From Terriglobia bacterium (GTDB taxonomy: Bacteria; Acidobacteriota; Terriglobia; JAJPHL01; JAPKYU01), in NCBI GenBank assembly GCA_965223005.1, contig CBDCVK010000001.1:1-34784 (forward strand): DNA of 34,784 nt. Reading direction: 5' to 3'. A program made the position numbers and the translations under genes. The stretch's first letter is position 1. Each line of letters begins with the position of its first letter. The notes beneath the pieces were generated by a model. That model was not told the origin of the DNA and searched no databases. It worked only from the letters and a program-made list of their open reading frames with translations. Positions 1 through 10,043 of the stretch are shown piece after piece.

Positions 1-158
1 GCTAGTGTTCGTAACGACATTCCTCGACCCGCGCGGCAATGCGGGAGTACCTGCCCGAGATCGCTTGGGAGACCGAAGTCTGGGTGGCTGATGCGCCAGA
101 CCACCTCATCCACTTCAATGGAGAGCGGTTCCTCGGGCCGTATGAAACCGACAAATAG
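1..158 (+). pseudogene. 3' end of a BsuBI/PstI-family type II restriction endonuclease (cut by the window edge; +1 frameshift near nt 28-30)
   Basis: Frame 2 reads LVFVTTFLD, then frame 3 reads [42 protein letters not shown] (TAG 156-158), the typical C-terminus of this family. Not in the ORF track. Confidence 0.85.
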
Positions 159-202
159 TTACACGCCACCCGGGCGAATGATGATCCAGGGAATGAAGAG
201 TT

Positions 203-1244
203 ATGCCTGACAAGAACCCTTGCGAGATATGCGGGACGATGTCCGAGGCAATTCGTTCTGGAGAGGATGAGATCCATCAGAAATGCCCGTATTGCGGAGA
301 ATTCAAGCTGACAGGGACGGCACCGTCACTCGTTCAAGGGCTAGATGCGGCGGTTAAAACAAGGATTTCCGGCTGGGTGTTGGACCAGAACAGAAATCGG
401 ACTGTCCCAACAATTTCAAGCGGTGTGTTGAAAAACGTAGCAGCTCGCGCTCTTCCGACCTTTACCGAACGGGCCAATCGGCTGTTGCTTGAGGCATTGC
501 AACAACAGGAGCGAGTGGGCGAGAGCATCGACATCTCCGAGCCGAGATTCCTCAATGCCACATATTCTCAGGATGCAAACGAGGTTGATTTGTTAGCGAG
601 ACTTTTGTCGGACAAGGGCTTGATGAAGGGTATGGACATAGATAGGAGTGGTGGTGTAGTTTCCTCCTACGGATGTTCTGCCGCGAGGATACGCCGCTGC
701 CGACGAACTGACCCTTCGAGTTCCGCAATCTGATAAGGGATTCGTTGCCATGTCGTTCAGCGAAAACCTGAAGCCAGTCTACGAAAAAGGTTTTCAGGTC
801 GGCATCACAAACGCGGGGTATGATCCGGACCGCGCGGATAAAGGCGAATATACGAACCGCATCGATGACGAGATCATCGCCCGCATACGGACGGCAGTTT
901 TCGTTGTCGCGGATTTCACCGGTCACCGAGGGGGCGTCTATTTCGAGGCAGGGTTTGCCCTTGGCCTGGATCTACCAGTGATATGGACTTGCAGGAAGGA
1001 CGATATAAAGGATCTTCATTTCGATATTCGGCAATACAACACCATTGATTGGGAAACCCCCGAGGAGCTTTCCACACGCCTACAACGCCGTATCGAAGCG
1101 ACCGTTGGGAAAGGTCCAGGGATCGTTTTGGCAATGAGGCCCGATGTAAAAACCGAGGAAATCGACTACAGCAAGACCACTGACGAGGAAATTCTAACCG
1201 GAGAAGTTACGCTGAAATCAGGCCAGACAGTACGTATTTTATAG
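203..1244 (+). pseudogene. Frameshift-split gene: N-terminal CxxC/CxxC Zn-ribbon and helical region plus C-terminal nucleoside 2-deoxyribosyltransferase (NDT)-like domain, ~346 aa if rejoined
   Basis: ORF 203..733 has CEIC and CPYC. The frame of ORF 750..1244 is open from ~660 and reads DVLPRGYAAADELTLRVPQSDKGFVAMSF...IDDEIIARIR..FVVADFTGHRGGVYFEAGFALG..PVIWTC..LHFDIRQYN. Removing one base near 671 joins the two. Confidence 0.75.
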
Positions 1245-1350
1245 CTGAGAAAGCGGGAGGGACTTCTTGTTGGAAGCGGGGACACGCTATTTACGGCTAC
1301 TTGCTTTGGGTCGGCGGGGGTCTTGTCTGAGGAACATGGGAGAATAAGGC

Positions 1351-1557
1351 ATGCAGCGTCAACGCGGCGAACTGGGCGGCCCGGTGAAGACGACCCGCGC
1401 CGCGTCGCCCCAGGCGTTGCACCACTTCACCGTCGCCGATCAAGTGGGCCAGCTTGTCACGGCCCGCGAAGCGGACCCCGATCTGGGCTTCATGGCGCGA
1501 ATGATGGCGCTCTGCTCCCTGCCCCGCACCAACCCCGGCGACCGGATTCGGTATAAG
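1351..1557 (+). pseudogene. N-terminal fragment of a plasmid-type RepA (IncW-like RepA_C family), truncated by the IS
   Basis: ADPDLGFMARMMALCSLPRTNPGDRIRYK matches the conserved N-terminal block of this family. The reading runs into the IS left end at 1558. Confidence 0.7.
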
Positions 1558-3218
1558 CCCGGATTTCCTTTATGAACTATCGGCGGCAACCTTCTGAATG
1601 ACTCCAACGTCAGTATTGATGCGGGTTCCAGCATCAACATTGCCTTCCGGAGGTGTACACCCCATGGGTGAGAGCCGAAAACAGGCGTTTCAACTGTCAT
1701 TCAACCGGTTTCTGCGGGTCGCTTTTCAGGGATCACGGGTGACCTCCAACGGAGGTCTGATTCTGGTGCGGGAGTTGGACGAGCGATTGGGATTCGGCAA
1801 ACTCGTCGAACAGCACTTGATCGACCCTCGGGCAAACAATGCGCGGTTGCCTTTTGCGGACCTTCTACGGCAGTCCGTGTACAGTCGCCTGGCTGGGTAT
1901 GAGGATGTGAACGATGCCGAGCAACTCTCACGAGATCCGACCTTCCGGCTAATTGGTTCCGAGAAGATCTGGGATCGAGGGGCAGCACTGCCATCCCGGT
2001 TGCAAACTTTCGAGACGGAGATGCTGGCGAAGGTGGAGAACTTCGTCGGGTTGGCCCGGATCAACCGGGAACTGATCGGAAAGGTCGAAGCCTTCCAGTG
2101 GCACTACCGAGCGGTGCTGGATATGGACTCAACCGAGATTCCGGTCTACGGGGAGCAGGAACAGAGCGCCTACAACGGACACTTCGAGTCGGTCTGCTAT
2201 CACCCGTTACTTTTGTTCAACGGTCATGGTGATTGCCTCGCTGCCAAGCTGCGTCCCGGCAACGTGCACAGCGCCGAGGACTGGGATGAGCTATTGTTGC
2301 CGGAGATCGAGCGCCAACAGGCTGCGGGCAAGCAGGTCGCCTTCCGGGGCGATGCGGCCTTTGCCAAGCCGGAAGTTTATGAGGCTTCGGAGGAACGCGG
2401 AGTACAGTACGCAATTCGCATCCCGGCCAACGATATTCTGCAGCGAGACATCGAAGAGCTACTGAAACGCCCCGTGGGAAGGCCCACCAAGAAACCGCTG
2501 TTCGAGTACAAGGAGTTCTTGTACCAGGCAGCCGGTTGGAAGACGGCTCGAGGGGTGGTGGCGAAAGTAGAGCATCATTCCGGGGAGTTGTTCCCGCGAG
2601 TGGGGTTCATTGTAACGAATCTGACGCTGCCGAATCGGGCGGTGGTACGGTTCTATAACAAGCGCGGCACCGCAGAACAGTGGATCAAGGAAGGCAAGCA
2701 GGCGGTGAAGATGACGCGGCTCAGTTGCCACAAGTTCCGATCTAACGAGGTACGGCTTTGGCTGACGATCATCGCCTACAACCTGGGCAACCTATGGCGA
2801 CGGCTAGTGCTGCCACAGAGAATCGAGAAGTGGTCCTTGACGAGTCTCCAGCAGCGGCTGGTGAAGACGGGCGGAAGGTTGGTCAAGCATGCCCGGTATT
2901 ATTGGCTGCTGCTGGTTGAGGGACATCTGAACCGGCGACTGTTCGGCGACATGCTGCGGAGGATCTGGGCGCCGCCGCTGCCGAGCGGGTAAAATTGCGC
3001 GGTCGAGGATCTATAGATTTTGACTCAAAACATTTCGCAGGGAGCCGTGTCGGCCGGAGCGCCGTTCAGCCCGCTCAATCAACGTCTTGTGAGCGGACGG
3101 GCGAGCCCTGGCGCCTACCGGCGAAGGTGATGTGCAGGGTTCAGCGCGAAAAGATGTCGTCTTCGGGGCAGCGCGAGTGTATCCTGTGACCGTGCCAGGA
3201 CCGAAATGGGAATCCTGG
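1558..3218 (+). mobile_element. IS1380-family insertion sequence
   Basis: Imperfect terminal inverted repeats: CCCGGATTTCCTTTA (1558-1572) versus the reverse complement of 3204-3218, CCAGGATTCCCATTT (11/15), enclosing a DDE transposase. No clear target-site duplication. Confidence 0.85.
1664..2992 (+). CDS. IS1380-family DDE transposase
   Basis: Motifs TSNGGLIL, GYEDVNDA, LDMDST..VYGEQE, CYHPL, LRPGNVHSA, RGDAAF, FYNKRGTAEQWIKEGK. GGAGG lies upstream of ATG 1664 (the ORF track extends to 1598). Confidence 0.93.
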   Translation: MGESRKQAFQLSFNRFLRVAFQGSRVTSNGGLILVRELDERLGFGKLVEQHLIDPRANNARLPFADLLRQSVYSRLAGYEDVNDAEQLSRDPTFRLIGSEKIWDRGAALPSRLQTFETEMLAKVENFVGLARINRELIGKVEAFQWHYRAVLDMDSTEIPVYGEQEQSAYNGHFESVCYHPLLLFNGHGDCLAAKLRPGNVHSAEDWDELLLPEIERQQAAGKQVAFRGDAAFAKPEVYEASEERGVQYAIRIPANDILQRDIEELLKRPVGRPTKKPLFEYKEFLYQAAGWKTARGVVAKVEHHSGELFPRVGFIVTNLTLPNRAVVRFYNKRGTAEQWIKEGKQAVKMTRLSCHKFRSNEVRLWLTIIAYNLGNLWRRLVLPQRIEKWSLTSLQQRLVKTGGRLVKHARYYWLLLVEGHLNRRLFGDMLRRIWAPPLPSG

Positions 3219-3329
3219 CTGAGGTGCCTTCACCGCCAGCCGTATGGCGTTCATGCGGGTCTGGTACGCTACTGTCCCTGCCAGACACGGCGCGATGCCG
3301 CGCCGACCATCACCACGACAGGTGCATGA

Positions 3330-4940
3330 ATGCAATGGATCGCCCCGAGCGAAAAAGATACCGGCCCAGAGACGCTGGAGAACCGCCTCTGGGCGGCGGC
3401 TGACGAGCTTCGGGCGAACTCTGGTCTCACCTCGGCCCAGTATTCCCAGCCCGTTCTTGGCCTGATCTTCTTGCGGTTTGCCGAGGTTCGCTTTCTCACG
3501 CAGCTGGCTGTGTTGGAGAAGCAGGCGGCTGGGGGACGTCGTGGCTCCCGCGTGGACGATCCCACCGCCTATCAGGCCGAGGGCATCCTCTACCTGACGC
3601 CGCCAGCGCGATTCGACCACATCTTACGGCTGCCGGAAGGATCGGACGTCGGCAAGGCCGTCAACAAGGCCATGCGGGATATCGAGGCGAAGAATCCGCA
3701 ACTCACAGGCGTCCTGCCAAAGACATACCAAATTTTCAACAGCACGCTCCTGAAGAATCTGCTCAAGAAGGTGTCGGAGATTCCCGCGACCGCCAAGGGC
3801 GACACGTTCGGGCTGATCTATGAGTATTTCCTCGGTGAGTTCGCTCGCACGGAGGGTTCTCGGGGCGGTGAGTTCTATACGCCGATCAGCATCGTTCGAC
3901 TGCTCGTCGAGGTGTTGGAGCCGTTTCACGGTCGGATTCTCGACCCGGCCTGCGGCTCCGGCGGCATGTTCGTCCAGAGCGCCCGTTTCGTGGCAGAGCA
4001 CAAGCAAAGTCCCGCAACTGAGTTAGCGATCTACGGACAAGAGAAGGTCGCGGACACCGTCAAGCTGTGCCGTATGAACCTTGCTATCCACGGCCTCGAA
4101 GGCGACATCCGGGAAGGCATCAGCTACTACGACGACCTGCACAACGCCACTGGACAGTTCGACTTCGTGCTCGCGAATCCTCCGTTCAACGTCAACGCCG
4201 TGGACAAGGAGCGTCTTGAAGGCGACGTGGGCACAGGTCGCCGCTTCCCGTTCGGCTTGCCGCGCTCGGACAACGCGAACTACCTCTGGATTCAGCTCTT
4301 CTACTCGACGCTGAGCACAAAAGGGCGCGCGGGCTTCGTGATGGCGAACTCGGCCTCGGATGCTCGCTCGTCTGAACAAGAACTCCGGCGCCAGCTGATC
4401 GAGGATCGGGCCGTGGATGTGATGGTGGCCGTCGGACCAAATATGTTCTACACGGTCACGCTACCGGTGACGCTCTGGTTTCTGGATCGAGGCAAGAAGA
4501 AGACGCCGCGCGCCGACAAGGTCCTCTTCCTCGACGCCCGCCACATCTACCGGCAGATTGATCGCGCCCACCGAGACTGGGCGCAGGGCCAGCTCGGCTT
4601 TATCGCCAACGTGGTCCGTCTCTATCGCGGCGAACACCTCGACTTCACACTCGGCGGCAACGAGGCACAAGCGAAGATCCAAGAGATCTTCGGTAAGAAG
4701 CCGAAATTCGCTGACGTGCTCGGCCTGTGTAAGACGGCCACGGTCAAGGAGATCGAGGCGCAGGGATGGTCGCTTAACCCCGGTCGCTATGTGGGCGTCG
4801 CCCCTGGCGCGGTCGTGAGCGACGAAGACTTCATGGACCAGCTCGCAACGCTGAACGCTGAACTGGAAGGCCTCAAAACTCAGGCGCGGGATCTCGAACA
4901 CACCATCGCTCGCAACGTGGCAGAAATCCTGGAGGCGTGA
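3330..4940 (+). CDS. hsdM: Type I R-M methyltransferase subunit M (m6A)
   Basis: [10 protein letters not shown]-terminus, [18 protein letters not shown]-binding motif, NPPFN catalytic motif, [10 protein letters not shown]. Confidence 0.96.
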   Translation: MQWIAPSEKDTGPETLENRLWAAADELRANSGLTSAQYSQPVLGLIFLRFAEVRFLTQLAVLEKQAAGGRRGSRVDDPTAYQAEGILYLTPPARFDHILRLPEGSDVGKAVNKAMRDIEAKNPQLTGVLPKTYQIFNSTLLKNLLKKVSEIPATAKGDTFGLIYEYFLGEFARTEGSRGGEFYTPISIVRLLVEVLEPFHGRILDPACGSGGMFVQSARFVAEHKQSPATELAIYGQEKVADTVKLCRMNLAIHGLEGDIREGISYYDDLHNATGQFDFVLANPPFNVNAVDKERLEGDVGTGRRFPFGLPRSDNANYLWIQLFYSTLSTKGRAGFVMANSASDARSSEQELRRQLIEDRAVDVMVAVGPNMFYTVTLPVTLWFLDRGKKKTPRADKVLFLDARHIYRQIDRAHRDWAQGQLGFIANVVRLYRGEHLDFTLGGNEAQAKIQEIFGKKPKFADVLGLCKTATVKEIEAQGWSLNPGRYVGVAPGAVVSDEDFMDQLATLNAELEGLKTQARDLEHTIARNVAEILEA

Positions 4941-6217
4941 CGATGAACGCGTGGCCTACAAAGCGAATGGATGAGCTGTGCGAAATAACTTCAAGTAAGC
5001 GAATCTTCGCTGCGGACTACGTGTCGGAGGGAGTGCCCTTCTATCGCGGGAAAGAAATCACGGAAAAGCACAAAGGGAAGCTCGACATCTCGACAGAACT
5101 CTTCATCTCGGAGAACAAATTTAGCGAGATTGAGCGAAAGTTCGGAGCACCGAGGTCGGGCGACCTGCTCCTGACGTCCGTCGGCACACTTGGCTCACCT
5201 TATGTCGTGAAGCCTGCCGATCGATTTTATTTCAAGGACGGGAATCTTACTTGGTTTCGGCACTTCGATGGACTCGACAGTTGGTTTCTTTACTACTGGT
5301 TGGTTTCACCACAGGGCAAAGCGGAACTCCAGAAATGCACGATTGGCTCGTCTCAGTCAGCCTTCACGATTGTTCTTCTGAAGGGCATGGAAATTGAGTC
5401 GCCCCCGCTTCCGGTCCAACGACGAATCGCGGGCGTCTTGTCGGCCTACGACGAGCTGAGCGAAAACAATCAGCGCCGCATCCAGATTCTGGAAACGATG
5501 GCCCGCGCTCTCTACCGCGAGTGGTTCGTCGAGTTCCGGTTCCCCGGCCACGAGAGGCTCCCACGTGTGGCCTCTCCCCTTGGCGACATTCCCCAAGGCT
5601 GGGAGACGAAGCCGCTCGGAGAAGTTGCACACATATTCCGTGGTCGTTCTTATCGATCAGTGGACTTGGCTGGTGAAGGCGGTCTTCCGTTTTTAAATCT
5701 GAAATGTATCGACCGCGACGGTGGGTTTCGTCGCTCCGGCCTGAAGCGATACACGGGCGAGTACAGGGACACACATATCGCGAAGAAAGGTGACATCGTC
5801 GTCGCGGTGACGGACATGACACAGGAGCGCCGCATCGTCGCACGTGCCGCGCTTGTGCCGACCCTCAAGAGAGAGTTCGGAGTCTATTCCATGGATCTTG
5901 TCCGCGTAGAGCCTAGGCCTCCGATGCCAGGAGAGTTTCTCTATGCATTCCTGCGCTATTCGTCGTTTGGTGACGAAGTGAAGCAGCACGCGAACGGCGT
6001 GATCGATGTCCTCCACCTTGCTCCAGAGCGAATCGCCGAGTTTCAATTAGTCGTGCCCCCCATTGACCTCATACGACAGTTCACAGGAGTGTCCGCGCCA
6101 ACCTTGGGGCAGATGGACACTCTGGAGAGCCAAATTGAAAACCTTCGCTGCACACGCGATCTGCTGCTACCGCGACTTCTCTCTGGTCAGGTCACCCTAA
6201 CCGACGCAGCTGTCTGA
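4937..6217 (+). CDS. hsdS: Type I R-M specificity subunit S
   Basis: Two TRDs separated by [17 protein letters not shown]...[13 protein letters not shown]...IPQGWE; C-terminal [13 protein letters not shown]; overlaps the hsdM stop. Confidence 0.95.
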   Translation: MTMNAWPTKRMDELCEITSSKRIFAADYVSEGVPFYRGKEITEKHKGKLDISTELFISENKFSEIERKFGAPRSGDLLLTSVGTLGSPYVVKPADRFYFKDGNLTWFRHFDGLDSWFLYYWLVSPQGKAELQKCTIGSSQSAFTIVLLKGMEIESPPLPVQRRIAGVLSAYDELSENNQRRIQILETMARALYREWFVEFRFPGHERLPRVASPLGDIPQGWETKPLGEVAHIFRGRSYRSVDLAGEGGLPFLNLKCIDRDGGFRRSGLKRYTGEYRDTHIAKKGDIVVAVTDMTQERRIVARAALVPTLKREFGVYSMDLVRVEPRPPMPGEFLYAFLRYSSFGDEVKQHANGVIDVLHLAPERIAEFQLVVPPIDLIRQFTGVSAPTLGQMDTLESQIENLRCTRDLLLPRLLSGQVTLTDAAV

Positions 6218-6222
6218 CCCAT

Positions 6223-9200
6223 ATGCCGCACGCCAACACTGAGGATCAGCTCGTCGAACAATCCGCGATTCAGCTCTTCGCAGCGCTGGGCTGGAACACG
6301 GTATCGGCGTCGGACGAGGCGATGGGGCCAACCGGCACGCTCGGACGCGAGACGACCGCCGACGTCGTGCTGGTGCCCCGGTTGCGGACTGCGCTGGAAC
6401 GGCTGAACCCGACATCCCCGCCAGAGGCCGTCGCCATCGCGATTGAATCGCTGACGCGGAACCGCTCCACCATGAGCCTCGTCGCGGCCAACCGCGACGT
6501 GTACGACCTGCTCAAGACCGGCATTTCGGTGTCGGTACCGGACCGTGAGCACGGGGGACAGAAGACGGAACGGCTACGGGTTATCGACTGGCAGCAGCCG
6601 CTCGTGGGCAACGACTTCCTGCTGGTGAGCCAGATGACCGTGACCGGGGCGCTCTACACCGTCCGCCCTGACCTCATCGGCTTTGTGAACGGCCTGCCGC
6701 TCGTGGTCGTTGAGCTGAAGAAACCTGGGGTTCCGGCCAAACAGGCGTTCGACGACAACCTTACGAGCTACAAGCACCCGCAGAATGGCATCCCCGACCT
6801 GTTCTGGTACAACGCGCTGCTCATGGCCTCCAACGGCATCGAGAGCCGCGTGGGCACGCTCACGGCGGACTGGGAAAGGTTCTTCGAGTGGAAGCGCGTC
6901 GAGCGCGAGGATGAACCGCGCCGCGTCTCGCTGGAGGTGATGCTTCGGGGCGTGTGTGACCCGGCGCGGCTGCTTGATCTCGTGGAGAATTTCACGCTGT
7001 TCTCTGAGGAGCGGTCTGGCCTACGCAAGATGCTGGCCCAGAACCATCAGGTGCTCGGCGTCAACAAGGCGATCACAGCCCTGCTGGAGGCTCGTGCCGC
7101 CGGTCACGGGCGCGGCGGCGTCTTCTGGCACACCCAAGGGGCTGGCAAGAGTCTGTCGATGGTCTTCTTTGCACAGAAGATCCTGCGGCACATTGAGGGC
7201 AACTGGACGTTCGTCGTCGTGACCGACCGGGTCGAGCTGGATCACCAGATCGCGAAGACCTTCAAAGCCACGGGCGCGGTGAACGAGCATGAGAGCCGGA
7301 TTTGCCACGCGGGGAGCGGAGCGGAGTTGCGTGACCTGCTGCGCGGCAATCACCGGTACGTCTTCACGTTGATCCACAAGTTCCAGACGCCGGAGATGCT
7401 GTGCGACCGCGCCGACGTCATCGTCATCACCGACGAGGCCCACCGCAGCCAGTACGACACGCTGGCCGTGAACATGCGAGCCGCTTTACCGAAGGCGTTG
7501 TTCGTCGCATTCACGGGTACCCCGCTGATCGTCGGCGAGGAGCGCACCAAAGAAGTCTTTGGCGACTACGTCTCCATCTACGACTTCCAGCAGTCCGTCG
7601 AAGACCACGCCACCGTTCGCTTGTTCTACGACAACCGGACGCCGGAACTTCGGCTGGAGAATCCGAACCTCAACGACGACGTCTATGCCCTCATCGAAGC
7701 GGCCGACCTCGATGACGATCAGGAGACGCGTCTTGAACGAGAACTCGGTCGCCAGTATCACCTAATCACCCGCGATGACCGATTGGAAACGGTCGCGAAG
7801 GACATCGTTCAGCACTTCCTCGGCCGCGGGTTTCAAGGCAAGGCGATGGTCGTGTCCATCGACAAGGCCACCGCCCTGCGAATGCACGATAAGGTGCGGA
7901 AACATTGGGAGGCGGAACGTGTCCGGGTTGAGACGGAAATCTCACACCTCACGGCTTATGCAGCCACGGCCGATCCAGACCGTTTGCGCGAGTGCCAGCA
8001 ACGCCTCGAAGTCCTAACCACGACCGAGATGGCGCTCATCGTGTCGCCTGGCCAGAACGAAGTCGAGCAGATGAAGGCGCTGGGCCTCGACATCGTTTCC
8101 CACCGGCAGCGGATGAACGCCGAATCGCTGGACGAGCGATTCAAGGACGCCAACGACCCCCTCCGGCTGGTGTTCCTCTGCGCGATGTGGCTGACCGGTT
8201 TCGACGTGCCAAGTTGCTCGACCATCTATCTCGACAAGCCGATGCGGAACCACACGTTGATGCAGACCATTGCCCGCGCGAACCGGGTGTTCCCCGGCAA
8301 GCACAGCGGCGTGATCGTAGATTACGCCAACGTGTTCACGTCACTGGAGAGAGCCCTCGCTATCTACGCCAAGGGCGAAGGCGGCACAACCCCTGTTCGC
8401 GATAAACGGCAGCTCGTCGAGGACCTGCGAAAGGCCGTAGAGGCCGTCACCGGATTCTGCACGGCCCAGCGCATTGACCTCGCCTCCATCGAGGGTGCGG
8501 CGGGCCTCGACCGCCTCGGTCATATTGCTGATGCGGTGGATTGCTTGATTTCGCCGGACCCGCGCCGCAAGGAGTTCCTCGCCCTCGAGCGACGGGCCAA
8601 CACGCTGTATCAGGCCGTCAAGCCAGACCCAGCCGTCGCCGAGTTCTCGGCGCGTGTCGGGGTCGTCAGGGTCATTGCCGACGCCATTCGTGAGCGCACC
8701 GAGGAGGGACCAGCGGACATCACCCCGGTCATGGCAGACATCAACGCCCTCCTCGACCGCTCTATTGCGGCTGACGGGTTCCGGATTGCCGGACAAGGCT
8801 CCGGCGAAAAGAGGCGGCACAAGCCCATCGACCTCTCGTTGATTGACTTCGAGACGCTGGCGAAGCGATTCGCGACGACGACGCGCAAAAACATCGAGTT
8901 CGAGCAGCTTCGGGCCGCTGTTCGGACGCAGCTCGACACGCTGGTCCGCGCCAACCCGACCCGCGCCGATTTCCTGACCAAGTTCGAGGTGTTGATCGAG
9001 TCGTACAACGCGGGCAGTCGAAATATTGACGAGCTCTTCCAGGACCTGCTCGCCCTCAGTCGGTCTCTATCGGATGAGGAGCAGCGGCACGTTCGCGAGC
9101 GGTTGACCGAGGAGGAGTTGACGGTGTTTGACCTCCTCACGAGGCCCGGGCCGGACCTCACTTCGGCGGAACGCGACGAGGTCAAGAAGGTGGCCCGCCA

Positions 9201-9411
9201 CCTCTTACAGCGGGTTCGCGGGGCGCTCGTGCTGAACTGGCGACAGAAGGCCCAAGCGCGGGCGCGGGTGCGACTGGCGATCGAGGATACGCTCGACGAA
9301 GGGCTCCCGCGCAGCTTCACGCCTGAGATCTATCAGGGCAAAGTCGCTGTCCTCTTCGAGCATGTGTTCGAGACGTTCAGGGAAGCCACAAACGCCGGCG
9401 CGAGCTTGTAG
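6223..9411 (+). CDS. hsdR: Type I R-M restriction subunit R
   Basis: Nuclease motif RPDLIGFVNGLPLVVVELKK, Walker A HTQGAGKS, DEAH box, FTGTP, MWLTGFDVP, QTIARANR. Confidence 0.96.
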   Translation: MPHANTEDQLVEQSAIQLFAALGWNTVSASDEAMGPTGTLGRETTADVVLVPRLRTALERLNPTSPPEAVAIAIESLTRNRSTMSLVAANRDVYDLLKTGISVSVPDREHGGQKTERLRVIDWQQPLVGNDFLLVSQMTVTGALYTVRPDLIGFVNGLPLVVVELKKPGVPAKQAFDDNLTSYKHPQNGIPDLFWYNALLMASNGIESRVGTLTADWERFFEWKRVEREDEPRRVSLEVMLRGVCDPARLLDLVENFTLFSEERSGLRKMLAQNHQVLGVNKAITALLEARAAGHGRGGVFWHTQGAGKSLSMVFFAQKILRHIEGNWTFVVVTDRVELDHQIAKTFKATGAVNEHESRICHAGSGAELRDLLRGNHRYVFTLIHKFQTPEMLCDRADVIVITDEAHRSQYDTLAVNMRAALPKALFVAFTGTPLIVGEERTKEVFGDYVSIYDFQQSVEDHATVRLFYDNRTPELRLENPNLNDDVYALIEAADLDDDQETRLERELGRQYHLITRDDRLETVAKDIVQHFLGRGFQGKAMVVSIDKATALRMHDKVRKHWEAERVRVETEISHLTAYAATADPDRLRECQQRLEVLTTTEMALIVSPGQNEVEQMKALGLDIVSHRQRMNAESLDERFKDANDPLRLVFLCAMWLTGFDVPSCSTIYLDKPMRNHTLMQTIARANRVFPGKHSGVIVDYANVFTSLERALAIYAKGEGGTTPVRDKRQLVEDLRKAVEAVTGFCTAQRIDLASIEGAAGLDRLGHIADAVDCLISPDPRRKEFLALERRANTLYQAVKPDPAVAEFSARVGVVRVIADAIRERTEEGPADITPVMADINALLDRSIAADGFRIAGQGSGEKRRHKPIDLSLIDFETLAKRFATTTRKNIEFEQLRAAVRTQLDTLVRANPTRADFLTKFEVLIESYNAGSRNIDELFQDLLALSRSLSDEEQRHVRERLTEEELTVFDLLTRPGPDLTSAERDEVKKVARHLLQRVRGALVLNWRQKAQARARVRLAIEDTLDEGLPRSFTPEIYQGKVAVLFEHVFETFREATNAGASL

Positions 9412-9474
9412 GAGTGTCACCTCACGAAACGGAAACAATCGTAGGCTAAGAGCCATCCGAATGGCCGTTTCTGG

Positions 9475-9561
9475 TCAGGCCGGATCGATCTTACGGGTCT
9501 CGATGAAGTGGTAGAGGGCGGAGCGGGAGACGTCCAGGATCTTGGCGATCGAGGCCTTCGA
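9475..9561 (-). pseudogene. C-terminal HTH remnant of a serine resolvase/invertase
   Basis: Minus strand reads SKASIAKILDVSRSALYHFIETRKIDPA* (stop 9475-9477), a resolvase-type HTH with no upstream catalytic domain. Confidence 0.55.
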
Positions 9562-9639
9562 GCACGGCGCCGGAGCGCGCGGTAGTGATTCCGCTGGCGG
9601 TGACGGACGGCGTGGAGGAGAGAGCACCTGCTTCGCACG

Positions 9640-9776
9640 TGTATCAAAACTGTATCAAAACCCCTGTTTGTTGAAGGCATTGGGGTTTGCCCGTGAGCGG
9701 CGGGCAGGTTCCCCAAGTTGTTGATAAAGCAAAGAATTTAACGTAACCGATGGAGAGAAAAGAAGCGGTGACAACG
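9640..9776. mobile_element. Attachment-site-like end of an integrative element (arm-type repeats plus IHF site)
   Basis: Perfect tandem TGTATCAAAAC x2 (9640-9661); minus-strand TATCAACAACTTG (9714-9726) matches the IHF consensus WATCAAN4TTR; directly adjacent to a broken tRNA. Confidence 0.7.
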
Positions 9777-9816
9777 CTTGTAAGGCAGGCGCTCTGACCA
9801 ACTGAGCTAACCGCCC
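9776..9816 (-). tRNA. 5' half of tRNA-Val(TAC), disrupted just after the anticodon loop
   Basis: Minus strand: GGGCGGT TA GCTC AGTTGGTCA GAGC G CCTGC CTTACAA GC, then GTTGTCACCGCTTCTTTTCTC, which does not complete the anticodon stem, T-arm or acceptor stem. Confidence 0.85.
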
Positions 9817-9934
9817 GGGAGCATTCGGCGACTACAAAGGCAAATCCTACCATAAGTTACGGACGCCCACCAGGAGCAGCTTGCCGCTCCCCGAGCGAGA
9901 ACCCGCTGAGCTGGCCTTCACAGTAAGATTTCTC

Positions 9935-9963
9935 TTGCATTCGCCACTTCTGTGGGGTATAAG
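9935..9963 (+). promoter_or_regulatory. Sigma70-type promoter
   Basis: TTGCAT (9935-9940), 17-nt spacer, TATAAG (9958-9963). Confidence 0.65.
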
Positions 9964-9969
9964 AGGAGT

Positions 9970-10043
9970 ACCCACCAAGCGGGGGACGGGCTTATCTCGC
10001 CTAACTAGACTTGACCGCTGCCCGTCCCCTTTTTCTTTTTTTT
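9970..10043 (+). ncRNA. Small non-coding RNA, likely Acido-Lenti-1-type motif
   Basis: 10-bp stem GGGGACGGGC (9982-9991)/GCCCGTCCCC (10020-10029) encloses TTATCTCGCCTAACTAGACTTGACCGCT, followed by a T tract, downstream of a promoter. Family name from recalled similarity, not a search. Confidence 0.6.

Noticed and set aside
203-1244. Retron, CBASS or Thoeris system
   Set aside because: No reverse transcriptase, cyclase or partner genes are recognisable in the window.
4937-6217. Phase-variable (shufflon-type) hsdS
   Set aside because: Single hsdS, with no silent TRD copies, flanking inverted repeats, simple-sequence tract or intact invertase seen.
9640-9776. Group I intron interrupting tRNA-Val
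   Set aside because: The break is in the 3' anticodon stem rather than after a U in the loop, no intron core or 3' exon is visible, and att-like features explain it better.
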